NCBI GenBank assembly: GCA_963695335.1
Contig: OY968764.1
Location: 896,001-960,000 of the forward strand
Reading direction: 5' to 3'
Source of the DNA: an uncultured bacterium
GTDB taxonomy: Bacteria; Babelota; Babeliae; Babelales; Vermiphilaceae
DNA length: 64,000 nucleotides
In this document: piece by piece, positions 29,996 through 40,994 of the stretch
Position numbering within the stretch: the first letter of the stretch is position 1
Layout of the letters: every line of letters starts with the position of its first letter
The notes under the pieces: generated by a model
Told to the model about the DNA's origin: nothing
What the model saw: the letters and a program-made list of their open reading frames with translations, nothing else
Database searches by the model: none
Translations under genes and position numbers: made by a program

Positions 29996-30511
29996 ATGTT
30001 TGCTCGCAATGAGAAAGTTGTTTATCCCGGTCATGGTGTTGCAGTTATTAACTGTGTCATTGAAAAAAAAATTGCTGGTAGATCATTGCAGTTTTTTGAA
30101 TTACGATTTCTTAATAAAGATATGACAATTCTTGTCCCAACAGAAAATGCAACAGCTGTTGGAATTAGACATCTGAGTTCCGCTGAATATATTAATGATA
30201 TTTTTAAATTATTGGCACAACCAGTGATGGCAAAACAATTGGATGCTGCCGCAAGTAATTGGAATAAGCGTAATAAAGAGTATCAAGGAAAGCTTCGTAG
30301 TGGTAATCTTTTAGAATTGTGTGCAATTTATAGAGACCTCAGACATATTGAAGGCAATAAAGAACTTTCATTTGGTGAAAAAAGTTTGTTGCAACAAACG
30401 GAAAATCTTCTTATCGAGGAAATTGCAATAGTTACTAAAGTAGCAGCGTGCGATGCAGCTCGACAATTAAAAGAGTTGGTCATTGATAAAGTAAAAAACA
30501 GTAGCTTATAA
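29996..30511 (+). CDS. carD: CarD family transcription factor
   Basis: EKVVYPGHGVA, NWNKR, LSFGEK. Confidence 0.92.
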   Translation: MFARNEKVVYPGHGVAVINCVIEKKIAGRSLQFFELRFLNKDMTILVPTENATAVGIRHLSSAEYINDIFKLLAQPVMAKQLDAAASNWNKRNKEYQGKLRSGNLLELCAIYRDLRHIEGNKELSFGEKSLLQQTENLLIEEIAIVTKVAACDAARQLKELVIDKVKNSSL

Positions 30512-30584
30512 TTTTTTGATGGGGCTTTAATTGAGGCCCCATTTTATTTTTTAAAATAAATGGTTTTCATGTATGATGATATAT

Positions 30585-31562
30585 ATGAAAACAACAAATC
30601 TACCTTTCATGCTTGTTATTTATGGTCCTACTGGTGTTGGCAAAACAGATTTGGCACTCGCTATTGCAGGGCATATTCCAGCTGAGATTATCAATATGGA
30701 TGTAGGGCAATTTTATACCCCTTTATCAATTGGTACCGCTAAACCTGATTGGAAGCATAGTGCCGTTCCACACCATCTTTTTGATGTTATTGACACTCCT
30801 GCAAACTTTACTATTGCGGAGTATCGGTCTTTAGTTTATAAAAAAATGCAAGAAATAAGAGCGCGGGGGAAATTACCTATCCTTGTTGGTGGCAGTGGTT
30901 TTTATTTACATGCGTTACTTTTTCCACCGCAAGTAGCAATTCCTGATGTTGATATATCTCAGATGTACCCAGAGGGTGCAAATATATGGCAAGAACTTTT
31001 TAATATTGATCCCAAACGTGCGTTAAGTATTGATAAAGCCGATGAATACCGTATTAAACGTGCATTAACTATTTGGCATGCAACGGGTAAATTGCCCTCA
31101 ACATACAGTCCTACATATGATCCGGAAGTAGATTTTATGGTGATTTTTGTGGAACGCGATCGTCAAGAGCTTAAAGAAAGAATTGATGCTCGCGTGCTTG
31201 AAATGTTTAAGTGCGGATGGATAGAAGAGACAAAAGCAGTCGAGCATACTCCTTGGCAAGCGTTTATTCAGAAGAAAAATATTATTGGGTACAATCAAAT
31301 TTTTGATTATCTATCAAGTAATAAATCAGACAAAGATTTTCAGGCAATGGTTAATACTATTGCCACTGAAACAAGACAGTATGCAAAACGACAACATACA
31401 TTTTGGCGTAAGTTAGAGCGTGAAATAAATAAAGAAAAGAAGTATACTGGCATATATATTGGTTGTCTTGAAGTTGTTAACTTGACGAATGTCAAAATTC
31501 ATTTATATATTAATGAACTGTTACGACGACTATCCTGTAAAATAGGTAAAAAATATGAATAA
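30585..31562 (+). CDS. miaA: tRNA dimethylallyltransferase
   Basis: GPTGVGKT, IGTAKP, PHHLFD, VGGSGFY, TRQYAKRQ. Confidence 0.95.
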   Translation: MKTTNLPFMLVIYGPTGVGKTDLALAIAGHIPAEIINMDVGQFYTPLSIGTAKPDWKHSAVPHHLFDVIDTPANFTIAEYRSLVYKKMQEIRARGKLPILVGGSGFYLHALLFPPQVAIPDVDISQMYPEGANIWQELFNIDPKRALSIDKADEYRIKRALTIWHATGKLPSTYSPTYDPEVDFMVIFVERDRQELKERIDARVLEMFKCGWIEETKAVEHTPWQAFIQKKNIIGYNQIFDYLSSNKSDKDFQAMVNTIATETRQYAKRQHTFWRKLEREINKEKKYTGIYIGCLEVVNLTNVKIHLYINELLRRLSCKIGKKYE

Positions 31563-32160
31563 ATGGGAAGATTCTTTTAAGAAAATATCAGTCGAGAATA
31601 ATGAAGGTCTTTTTATACCAAGCAGACAACTGAGTGCTATTGTGGCAGTAATTATATTACTGGCCTTTTCTCTTTTTATGACAGGCTATTTTTTAGGGAA
31701 AAGAAAAGCTGTTGAACAATTTACGCAAGATATGCAGCAAGATGCTGTTGCGGATAGAATTTACACAACATTATTATCTACACAGCCTTCTGAGGCTGTA
31801 ACAACTGATACATTATTGGTAACGCAAGCAGATGAAACTCCTATTGCATCATTTTTGATGCCTCAAGAGATTGCAACAGCAGAACAAGCGACTACTGTTG
31901 CATTAGATACTCAATATTATTATGCGCAACTCATAGGATTTGGAACGGAAAAAGCGGCGCAAAGCTTTATAAAAAAGCTTGCAGCAAAGGGAATTGAGAC
32001 AGAACTGAAAAAGCGAGTGAGTAAAACAGTTAAAGGTAATAGCTCCTATTGGTATCAGGTAGTAACTGCTCAGTATTCTAATAAAGATGATTTATTACAT
32101 CTTGTTGATAAACTAACTAAAGAAGAAAATATTAAAGATGCTCGTATATGTACTTGTTAA
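31555..32160 (+). CDS. Membrane-anchored SPOR-domain protein
   Basis: TM helix; YYAQLIGFGTEKAA...WYQV C-terminal domain. Confidence 0.75.
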   Translation: MNKWEDSFKKISVENNEGLFIPSRQLSAIVAVIILLAFSLFMTGYFLGKRKAVEQFTQDMQQDAVADRIYTTLLSTQPSEAVTTDTLLVTQADETPIASFLMPQEIATAEQATTVALDTQYYYAQLIGFGTEKAAQSFIKKLAAKGIETELKKRVSKTVKGNSSYWYQVVTAQYSNKDDLLHLVDKLTKEENIKDARICTC

Positions 32161-32192
32161 ATTTTGAATAACAAAAAGAAAGGTTTTATAGT

Positions 32193-34115
32193 ATGATCAT
32201 CACTATTCGCAACCAGTTTAAACAATCAACAGTTCGATATATTGCTATTTTGATCGTTGTTGCTTTGAGTGTGGGGATGGTTTCTATTCCTTCATTATTA
32301 AGACATGAAGGAAGTTCTTCATGGGCAATGCAGGTTAATGGAGAAAAAGTATCATATCGTGATTTTTCACAAGAACTTGCTGAACAAAGTGAATTTCTTG
32401 CCCAAATCCGTGCGCAATATGGCCAATATGCAGATCTTTTAATGCAGGCAATGAACTGGCCAACAGATCCAAAAGCATTGGCATCTGAAGTGCTTATTAA
32501 AATAGCACTCCTCAATCAACTTGTTGATGCTCTCGGTATTCATGTTCACTCTCAATATATTGCCGAAAGCATTAATAATGCTCAATTTGCTCGTCAACAC
32601 TTACAAAGAATTGTCCCGCAATTTCTTTTTGATTCTACAGGTGTGCTTAATTCTGAAAAACTTAAAATGTTTTTGCAACATAAAGGCATGTCCATTAAAG
32701 AATTTGAGCGTAAAATTGAACAGAGTCTTTCTCAATTGCAGGCTATGCAATTTATCGGTTCTACATGCTATGTTCCTTTGTTTGATCTTGAGCAAGAGTT
32801 CATAGCACAAAATCTTGGTAAAGAGTTTTCATATCTGACCTTCTCATTAGATTCATTTATAGCAGCAGAAAAGAAAAAAAGCGTAACTGATGAAGATGCT
32901 CTGAATTTTTATAATAAAGAAAACAATCAACGCCGTCGTTATTGGGTTCCAGAAAAACGTGATGGAATTGTATGGAAATTTGATGCCAAAAGTTATGGAG
33001 CATCCATTTCTGAAGAACAGATTCATCAATATTATGAAGATAATAAAGTAAGTAAATATGTTCTTGATCCTGTCAAAATCCATGTGCAACAGATAAGTCA
33101 AAAGCAACTTGCGCAACATCCTGATATGACGCTTGAGGTGGTAAAAGAAGAAATTCAAAATAATCCAGCATCTGTATGGGCAAAAAAATGGGAATCAGTA
33201 GATCCTTTTGCTCGAGGCGAAAGAAAAGGAGCTTTTGAAAAAGAAGCTTTCTTATTGCAAAATGTTGGAGACATCTCTCCAGTGATAGAAACAAAAGATG
33301 GTAAAGTTATTCTACAGCTTGTTAAACGCATTCCACGTACCTATAAACCAATCACTGCAGTAAAAAATGAGATTAAAAATATACTTGCAGAAAAACAGTT
33401 CAAAAAGAGCTTTGTAAAAGATCTTAAGGCGGTTGCGGTTAAAGGTGATGCGCAAACAATAGAATCATTTATTGCTCAAAAAGGCGGTAAAAAAGAGATG
33501 GCTGTGGGCATTATGAGAAATGATACCATGCTCTCCCAAGAACTTTTTGGACTCAAAAAAGGAGAATATGCCTTTTTTGTAGAAAATGAAGTGGGAATCG
33601 CGGTGTTGCTTACTAATGTTGTAGAGCGTCACCTTCCAGAATTTAGTTCTATCAAAGCGGTTGTTAAAGATGAACTTTGTGAAGAGCGCGCTTATAATGC
33701 GATGGTTAGTGCAGTACAAGAGGCAAAAGAAGCAACAGTAGGCTCATCTTTTGAGGCTATCGCTAAAAAATACAATATATTGCTTCATCACACAGGTATG
33801 GTGCAGCCGAGCGATCATAAAAAGGTGCAAGAGCTTGATAAAAAAGGACTTCCGGCAAAAACGATGCTTAGTCTTAATAAAGAAGGCTTGGTTTTATCGC
33901 ATAATGACGATAGAACGAGCTTTTTAATAAAAGTTGATGCCATTGAAGAATATAGCGAAGGACATATTTTAGAGGCTGAAAAAGGGATAAAGGCTCAAGT
34001 AATGCCTTATCGTATGAAGTCTCAGGTAGAGAGCGCTATTGCTTCTTTGCATAGAAATGCTACAATAGAAACTAATGAATTAATGGTTATAGCTGGCGAA
34101 GAATATTCAGAATGA
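32193..34115 (+). CDS. ppiD: PpiD/SurA-N-domain periplasmic chaperone
   Basis: N-terminal TM, VNGEKVSY, FEKEAFLL..GDISPVIET. Confidence 0.75.
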   Translation: MIITIRNQFKQSTVRYIAILIVVALSVGMVSIPSLLRHEGSSSWAMQVNGEKVSYRDFSQELAEQSEFLAQIRAQYGQYADLLMQAMNWPTDPKALASEVLIKIALLNQLVDALGIHVHSQYIAESINNAQFARQHLQRIVPQFLFDSTGVLNSEKLKMFLQHKGMSIKEFERKIEQSLSQLQAMQFIGSTCYVPLFDLEQEFIAQNLGKEFSYLTFSLDSFIAAEKKKSVTDEDALNFYNKENNQRRRYWVPEKRDGIVWKFDAKSYGASISEEQIHQYYEDNKVSKYVLDPVKIHVQQISQKQLAQHPDMTLEVVKEEIQNNPASVWAKKWESVDPFARGERKGAFEKEAFLLQNVGDISPVIETKDGKVILQLVKRIPRTYKPITAVKNEIKNILAEKQFKKSFVKDLKAVAVKGDAQTIESFIAQKGGKKEMAVGIMRNDTMLSQELFGLKKGEYAFFVENEVGIAVLLTNVVERHLPEFSSIKAVVKDELCEERAYNAMVSAVQEAKEATVGSSFEAIAKKYNILLHHTGMVQPSDHKKVQELDKKGLPAKTMLSLNKEGLVLSHNDDRTSFLIKVDAIEEYSEGHILEAEKGIKAQVMPYRMKSQVESAIASLHRNATIETNELMVIAGEEYSE

Positions 34116-35220
34116 AAACAAAAACAACAACTGCAGCTCGTGAAGAGCATTCAAAAGAGAAGAATCAAGCTGAATTATCTATGAAGAAAAAGATGCTCGA
34201 AGTCACTTTTTCTCAGATAGATAAACAATATGGCAGCGGTGCTGTCATGAAGCTTGGAGAGTCAAATAATAGTAGCACAGAAGCAATTTCAACGGGTCCA
34301 TTCTTATTGATCGTGCGATTGGTATTGGTGGTTTGCCAGTTGGAAGAATCATTGAAATTTTTGGACCAGAGGCGTCTGGTAAAACAACATTAGCAATGCA
34401 AGTGATTGCTCAGTCACAAAAAAATGGCGGAATTTGTGCATTTATAGATGCTGAACATGCATTGGATGTTACGTATGCTAAAAATTTAGGCATTAATGCC
34501 GATGAATTGATTATTTCCCAGCCTGATTATGGCGAGCAAGCGCTCGATATTGCTGAAATGCTCGTACGATCAGGCGCTATTGATGTGATAGTAATTGATT
34601 CTGTTGCAGCTCTTGTGCCTAAAGCGGAACTTGAAGGCGATATGGGTGATTCTCATATGGGCTTACAAGCACGACTTATGTCTCAAGCTTTACGTAAATT
34701 AACACCGGTTATTCATAAATCAAAAACGGTGCTTATTTTTATCAATCAAATTCGCCAAAATATTGGTGCAATGCCATTTGCCAACAAAGAAACAACTACG
34801 GGTGGTAATGCGTTAAAGTTTTATGCCTCAGTACGACTTGATGTGCGTAGAATTGCAAGTCTTAAAAAGAATGAAGTCAGTGTTGGAAATCGAGTTCGTG
34901 TACGTGTGGTTAAAAATAAAGTTGCTCCTCCTTTTAAACAGGTTGAACTTGATTTATTATTTAGTGAAGGTATCAGTAAAGAGCTTGATCTTCTTGATGC
35001 TGCATTGCATTTTAAAGTTATAACACAATCAGGTTCATGGTTTGCATTTAACGATACAAAAATAGCTCAAGGCCGTGATCAAGTGTTACAATATTTAAAA
35101 GATGGTAAATCTTTTGCAGAAGTTTATGGCAAGGTTATGGAAGCAATTGCGGTAGAAAAAACTGTTTTTGCCCCTGGGTTTGATGAGCAATCAAAAGAAA
35201 ATGGTCCAGAATTTGATTAA
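34112..35220 (+). CDS. recA: Recombinase RecA (one frameshift near 34297)
   Basis: [15 protein letters not shown] then [27 protein letters not shown]. Confidence 0.95.
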
Positions 35221-35243
35221 TTAATTGTTTGAGAAAAAGGTAT

Positions 35244-35792
35244 ATGTTGAAAGATAGAAAAGAAAGCGCAACGACTCAGTTGATTAATCAGCAAATTCGT
35301 GCTGAGCGTGTTCAAGTTATAATGCAGGATGGTGAAAACATCGGTGTTGTAAGTAGAGGTCAAGCTTTACGTTATGCAGAAGAGGCAGGACTTGATCTTG
35401 TCATGATAGCGCAGTCAGGTAAAGAAGATGTGCCTGTAGTTAAAATTATGGATTTTGGTAAAGTTCTTTATGAAAAGAAGAAAAAGACTATTGAAGCCAA
35501 AAAACATCAAAAAGTTATTCAAATAAAAGAAGTAAAAATGAGTCCCAAGATCGGTGAGCATGATTATCAAACTAAAATCAAGCAAGCCGCGCAATTTTTA
35601 ACTTCGGGCAAGCGTGTCAAAATAACGCTTTCTTTTAGAGGTCGTGAAATGACGACCAAAGAGACTCGAGGATCAGAGCTTTTTGATAAAATACAAAAAA
35701 GTTTTGAAGAATATGGTTGGGCGAATAATCTTGTTCAAGAGCAAGATTCAAAATTAGGTAAAATGTGGTCACGTATTTATTATTTAAAATAG
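35244..35792 (+). CDS. infC: Translation initiation factor IF-3
   Basis: INQQIRA, GLDLV, PVVKIMDFGK, FRGRE; precedes rpmI-rplT; exact start uncertain. Confidence 0.95.
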   Translation: MLKDRKESATTQLINQQIRAERVQVIMQDGENIGVVSRGQALRYAEEAGLDLVMIAQSGKEDVPVVKIMDFGKVLYEKKKKTIEAKKHQKVIQIKEVKMSPKIGEHDYQTKIKQAAQFLTSGKRVKITLSFRGREMTTKETRGSELFDKIQKSFEEYGWANNLVQEQDSKLGKMWSRIYYLK

Positions 35793-35812
35793 ATACATAT
35801 TAGGGATAAATA

Positions 35813-36034
35813 ATGGCTAAAAAAGTAGCTAAAAAAGTTAAAATGAAAACTAACTCTTCCGCAAAAAAACGTTTTTCAAAAACAGGCGGAAAAAAAGTTA
35901 AAATTAAACGTGGTAAAGCTTTTAGACGTCACTTAATGACAAGGGCTAACGCAAAAACAAATCGTCAATTCCGCCGTGCAACATATTTTAGTGATGCAGA
36001 TTTACCAGGAATAAAACTTTTATTACCATATTAA
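35813..36034 (+). CDS. rpmI: 50S ribosomal protein L35
   Basis: KMKTNSSAKKRF...LLPY; synteny. Confidence 0.93.
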   Translation: MAKKVAKKVKMKTNSSAKKRFSKTGGKKVKIKRGKAFRRHLMTRANAKTNRQFRRATYFSDADLPGIKLLLPY

Positions 36035-36069
36035 TTGTATAAATCGATAAAATACATTAGGAATTAACA

Positions 36070-36417
36070 ATGTCACGAGTTAAACGCGGTCTAGCGACCA
36101 AAAAAAGACATAAACGTCTATTAAAGCAAACCAAAGGTTTTTGGGGACAACGTAAAAATATTTTCAAAAGAGCACACGAAACTTTAATGCGTGCATGGGC
36201 TTTTGCTTTTAAAAGCAGAAAGATGTATAAACGTGATATGCGTGCTCTTTTCATTTCACGTATTACTGCTGCGGTAAGACCTCACGGAACATCGTACAGC
36301 AAGTTTATACATGGTCTTAAAGTTGCTAACGTTGATTTAAATAGAAAAATGTTAAGTCAATTATCAATTTTTGAGCCAAATGCCTTTTCTAAAATTGTTG
36401 AGATCACTAAACAGTAG
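36070..36417 (+). CDS. rplT: 50S ribosomal protein L20
   Basis: MSRVKRG, YSKFIHGL, LNRKMLS. Confidence 0.97.
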   Translation: MSRVKRGLATKKRHKRLLKQTKGFWGQRKNIFKRAHETLMRAWAFAFKSRKMYKRDMRALFISRITAAVRPHGTSYSKFIHGLKVANVDLNRKMLSQLSIFEPNAFSKIVEITKQ

Positions 36418-36489
36418 ATTTCTTGACAAAGCTTTGAACGAATCATTAGACTACTTCCAAGAATGAAGTTTTTAAAAAGGGGAGACTTT

Positions 36490-36807
36490 ATGGAAGTAGT
36501 ATTAATTTTAGAAGAAAAAATCAAAACTTTGGTTGCTATGGCTAAATGTTCAAAAGAACAGTATGCTGCCATGCAGTCAAAGTATGATTCGTTAAAAAGC
36601 GACTTTGATAAATTAAAAGCAGAAAATGATATGCTTTGTGAAGGCAATGCACAATTGACTTGTCAATTAAATGCTATAGAAAAATCAATACAAAAAGAGA
36701 CCTGTCATGTGCAGGAGCTTACGGCAGAACGTTCTATCACTCGTTCAGCCCTTGATGATTTAATAAAGAGTATTGATTCAATTGTTGAGAACGAAAATCA
36801 ACTATGA
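36490..36807 (+). CDS. zapB: Coiled-coil cell division protein ZapB-like
   Basis: Coiled coil LEEKIKTLV...; overlaps zapA; upstream TTGACA-N18-TAGACT. Confidence 0.6.
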   Translation: MEVVLILEEKIKTLVAMAKCSKEQYAAMQSKYDSLKSDFDKLKAENDMLCEGNAQLTCQLNAIEKSIQKETCHVQELTAERSITRSALDDLIKSIDSIVENENQL

Positions 36808-37094
36808 TGAATGAAAAAAAAAGCTATAAGGTACAAATCTTTGAAGAGACCTATATTCTTTCAAGTGATGAATCGGAAGCGTTAGTATTAAAAGCTGCCG
36901 AAATGGTGGACGCTTCTATGAAAGAAATTAGTCATAAGTTTGCTATTACCGATGTGAAAAAAATAGCAGTGCTTACAGCATTGCGTATTGCAGATAAATT
37001 GTTACATTGTGAACGTAAACAGGCTAAAGAAGAAGAAAGAATAGTTGCTCTTAAAGATTATATTGAACATGAATTATCATTGTTAAATGTGTAA
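36804..37094 (+). CDS. zapA: Cell division protein ZapA
   Basis: VQIFEETY, AAEMVDASM, IAVLTALRIA. Confidence 0.85.
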   Translation: MMNEKKSYKVQIFEETYILSSDESEALVLKAAEMVDASMKEISHKFAITDVKKIAVLTALRIADKLLHCERKQAKEEERIVALKDYIEHELSLLNV

Positions 37095-37102
37095 GTTGTT
37101 AT

Positions 37103-37263
37103 GGATAATTTCCTGCAATCGCACATATAGTAATGATATATTGAAGACAATTCCCTTGTTGTGTGCATTTCCTTACGGTAGCTAACATATTCTGCTTGTG
37201 TATGCGTTTTATTATTGTTACTTAAAAGCTCTCAGGCTTAAGTCTGTTGAGCATGGGAATGTT
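37103..37263 (+). ncRNA. ssrS: 6S RNA (ssrS) candidate
   Basis: ~160-nt gap at the conserved zapA-6S-rny position; 5' ATTTCCTGC can pair with 3' GCATGGGAAT; boundaries approximate. Confidence 0.65.
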
Positions 37264-37264
37264 C

Positions 37265-38829
37265 ATGATAGATATATCTATTCTTTTTATAGGAGCCAGT
37301 GTAGCAACTGTTGTTGTTGCACTGCTTTTTTTGTTAGTTGCGTATAAAAAATATGCGGAAGCCGCTGTCCGTGAGGAAGATTCTAAAGAACGATTGAAAA
37401 ACTCAAAACGTGATATTGAGACAGAACGTCAAGCAGCTTTAATAAAAATTAAAGATGAGATGTATCACAAAAGAAAAGAGTTTGAATTAGAACTTAAGCG
37501 TGAACGCATTGAAATTGATCGTCTTCAAACCAAATTAAACACTAAATCAGAACATTTAGAAAAGCGTGAAGTTCAGCTTGATGACTTGCGTATTGAGTTG
37601 CAACAAAAAGAACGTAATTTGTCTCGTCTTGAAGATAATGTTCGTGTTAATGAAACTAAAGTAAAAAGTCTTTATAATGATCTTATTGTAAAGTTGGAAC
37701 AGCTGAGTGGTATGTCCAAAGATGATGCAAAAAATGCATTGTTTGAGACCATTGAGTCAGAAGTTCGCTTAGCAAGTCAAAAATGTGTTCAAAAAGTTGA
37801 AGAAGAAGCACGTCAGACAGCAAAAGAAAAATCCAGTAATATTGTTATTGGTGCAATGCAGCGTTATACAGCTGATCAAGTTGCTCCTCATTTATCAGGC
37901 ATAGTTCATCTTCCTAATGAAGAGATGAAGGGACGAATTATTGGTAAAGAAGGAAGAAATATTAAAGCGCTTGAAATGGCAACAGGCATGGAGTTTGTTA
38001 TTGGAGAATCATCTGAATTATAACCATTTCTGGATTTAATCCAATACGCCGTGAAGTTGCTGGTCGTACGTTAGAAAAACTTATTGTTGATGGCAGAATT
38101 AATCCAACACGTATTGAAGAAACAGTTGCTCAATGCGAAAAAGAAATTGAAGAAATTATTCAAGAATATGGTAAAAATGCGGTTCTTGAATTTAATTTGC
38201 AGGGTATTCATCCTGAAATTGTAACACTTGCTTGGTAAATTACATTTTAGAACCAGTTATTCTCAAAATGTTCTTGTGCATTGTAAAGAAGTTGGTGTAT
38301 TTGCTCGTATGATTGCAGAAGAGATTGGGTCTTGATGGTGCAATGGCATTACGTGCTGGATTATTGCATGATATTGGTAAAGCAGTAACTGCTGAAGTTG
38401 AAGGTCCACATGCTTCTATTGGTGGTGATATTGCAAAACGATGTGGTGAAGATCCAATTGTTGTTAATGCGATTGCTGCCCATCATGAAGAAGTTCCATT
38501 TCAATTCAATTTATGCAATTATCGTGGTTATTGCAGATACTATTTCTGCATCACGTCCTGGTGCACGCAGAGAAACATTAACTGCTTATATTAAACGCTT
38601 AGAAAAACTTGAAGAAATTGCAGGTTCATTTGAAGGTGTTAAAAAAGCGTATGCATTGCAAGCTGGTCGTGAATTACGCGTAATTGTTGAAGAAGATAAT
38701 CTTAATGATGAACAAGCAAATCTTCTTGCTCATAATCTTGCACGTAAAATTGAACAAGAAATGAACTTCCCTGGTCAAATTAAAGTTAATGTTATTCGCG
38801 AAAAACGATCAATTGAATATGCAAGGTAA
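37265..38829 (+). CDS. rny: Ribonuclease Y (frameshifted near 38015, 38228, 38503)
   Basis: TM + coiled coil, [14 protein letters not shown] (KH), LLHDIGKA (HD), [16 protein letters not shown]. Confidence 0.93.
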
Positions 38830-38832
38830 TGT

Positions 38833-39652
38833 ATGAATACATTACGAGTACTTTTTATTGGTGATGTTGTTGGCGCAGCGGGCCGAGCAATATTCCAAAA
38901 GCATATTGATAAGATAAAAAAAACACATAACATCGATGCTGTTATTGTAAATGGTGAAAATAGCGCACATGGTAGAGGTATAACACGCAAGAATATGCAG
39001 CTTTTTCAAGCACAATGGTGTTGATGTTGTAACAACTGGTAATCATATTTGGCAGCATAAAGAAATATATCAATATCTTGATGAAAATCATGATTTATTG
39101 CGTCCTGCAAATTTTCCTCCAGGAGTTCCTGGAGTTGGGGTAACAACATTTATGGTGGAAGGTCACCTATTGGTGTAATTAATTTGCAAGGTCGTGTGTT
39201 TATGAAAGATCATATTGATTGTCCATTTCATAAGCTGAAGCAATTTAGAACAGTTACAAGAAAAAACGAATATTATTTTTGTTGATTTTCATGCAGAGGC
39301 TACCTCAGAAAAGATGGCGATGTCATTTTTCCTTGATGGCCGAGTGAGTGGTGTTGTGGGTACTCATACGCATGTGCAGACAGCAGATGAACGGATTTTA
39401 CCTGGTGGAACTGCTCATATTACTGATCTTGGTATGACTGGATCATTAAATTCTATGCTTGGTATGAAAAAAGAACCAATTATTCACAATTTTTTGACTG
39501 CATTACCGGTAAAATTTACCCCAGATACGTCAGTTCCTATTGTGCTGAGTGGTGCGTGGATAGAAGTTGATACGCAAACTGGTAAAGCTGTGAAAATTGA
39601 GAGAGTGATGATTATTGATAATGATCTGCAAGTAGGCAGTGAAGACGATTAA
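38833..39652 (+). CDS. ymdB: YmdB/TIGR00282 metallophosphoesterase (frameshifted)
   Basis: FIGDVVG, NGENSAHG, DFHAEATSEK, GTHTHVQTAD, DLGMTG. Confidence 0.92.
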
Positions 39653-39654
39653 CA

Positions 39655-39679
39655 AAAGGCCAGTTTAAAACTGGCCTTT
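39655..39679. terminator. Bidirectional terminator
   Basis: AAAGGCCAGTTT-A-AAACTGGCCTTT. Confidence 0.75.
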
Positions 39680-39697
39680 AATTTTTTGATCGATTAT

Positions 39698-40894
39698 TTA
39701 GATATACTCTTGTGGCCTATTTTGTACTTCAAGAGGAACTGGTACAACAAAACATCTATTGTTAACTGTAACAAGAAGCTTTGTGCAATCAGAGGAAAAA
39801 GAAAGATCCACAGGTTCGGTAGTATAACATGTTTCAGGTGTTTCTAATATTGGTGTGATATGAATGCATTTTTGTGTTTGTATATCCCAATATTGTATAT
39901 CAAAAGCACTTTTATCTGGATATCGTGTGTTGAAAAGTACTGTTAAAAGAAGGCTTTGTGGATAGAAAATAACTTTTTTTATAGGAGATATTGCTTCGTT
40001 TTTTTTGTCTTTACATTGAAGTCTCATTAAAATTGGATTGTATGGATATTGTGCTGACAAGTTAAGAAAGTCACGTAACATTGTAAACTTTGGACCAGTA
40101 AACAATCTACTGGGGTGATCGTTTGGATTATCTATCATAGCAGGGGCTGCAATGTAAATTGCAGAACCCCCTTGAGCAATAACAACTGATCCATCATGAT
40201 TATAGTGATAATCACGTTCGGTATATTCAGTTTCAATTATTTTTGGGTGCCTTATGTCCTTCCATGATAAACCTTTTTCTTGTCGTGTCATTGATGAATG
40301 GAAAAACAATTTTCCTTTATGATTGCCTGTATAAAGAATGGGTTGAGTTGGGTGTAATGCAATATCATGACGAAAAAACATACTGCCATCGTATACGCTA
40401 CCCTTCTCATTTGTTGCATAATTATATTTTTCTATGTTTGTTGTTTTATATTTGTCGTAGTATGTTATAAAAATAGTGTCTTCGATTGGACTGAATGTAG
40501 CGGTATTAATGCGGTTTTTAGTATTAATAGATGCAAACCATTCTTCTTTACCTGTTTCTGAGTTGTATATTGTTATCTCATTTGCCAATGATATAGCAAA
40601 TTTTTGTTTGTTTGGGTGAATGGCAAGGTGAATGTGATGACCATATTGTCTAAAATCTCCTACGAAAACTTTCTTTACTACATCATTGTTTTCAGGATTA
40701 ATAATTTGCACCAGTATAGAATCTGAATAAAGTCCTTGTTCGCTTATGATAACGGCACGATCATTCGTAAGGTATTGCGCAGTATGTGGTTTGCGTATAT
40801 TGGTTAATTCAGCAATATTATTTGTTTCTTTTTCCATTGCCTTGGAAACTGGTGCTACAATAAAAGTAATGATAAGAAGATAGCAATATTTCAC
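39698..40894 (-). CDS. Secreted WD40-like beta-propeller protein
   Basis: Signal peptide SKA-MEK; LAIHPN, TFSP, IALHPT, IQYWDI, LSFSSD blades. Confidence 0.7.
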   Translation of the reverse strand: MKYCYLLIITFIVAPVSKAMEKETNNIAELTNIRKPHTAQYLTNDRAVIISEQGLYSDSILVQIINPENNDVVKKVFVGDFRQYGHHIHLAIHPNKQKFAISLANEITIYNSETGKEEWFASINTKNRINTATFSPIEDTIFITYYDKYKTTNIEKYNYATNEKGSVYDGSMFFRHDIALHPTQPILYTGNHKGKLFFHSSMTRQEKGLSWKDIRHPKIIETEYTERDYHYNHDGSVVIAQGGSAIYIAAPAMIDNPNDHPSRLFTGPKFTMLRDFLNLSAQYPYNPILMRLQCKDKKNEAISPIKKVIFYPQSLLLTVLFNTRYPDKSAFDIQYWDIQTQKCIHITPILETPETCYTTEPVDLSFSSDCTKLLVTVNNRCFVVPVPLEVQNRPQEYI

Positions 40895-40994
40895 ACTCGT
40901 CCTTTTTGGTAATTTGTTGTGATAAATTTGTGATCATTGTATATAAAAATAGGCCAGCTGTACACTGGCCTTTAATTTTTAGTTGAAGTAATTC

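Noticed and set aside
34112..35220. Programmed frameshifting in recA, dnaK or rny
   Set aside because: No slippery site with stimulator seen; multiple scattered indels fit sequence error
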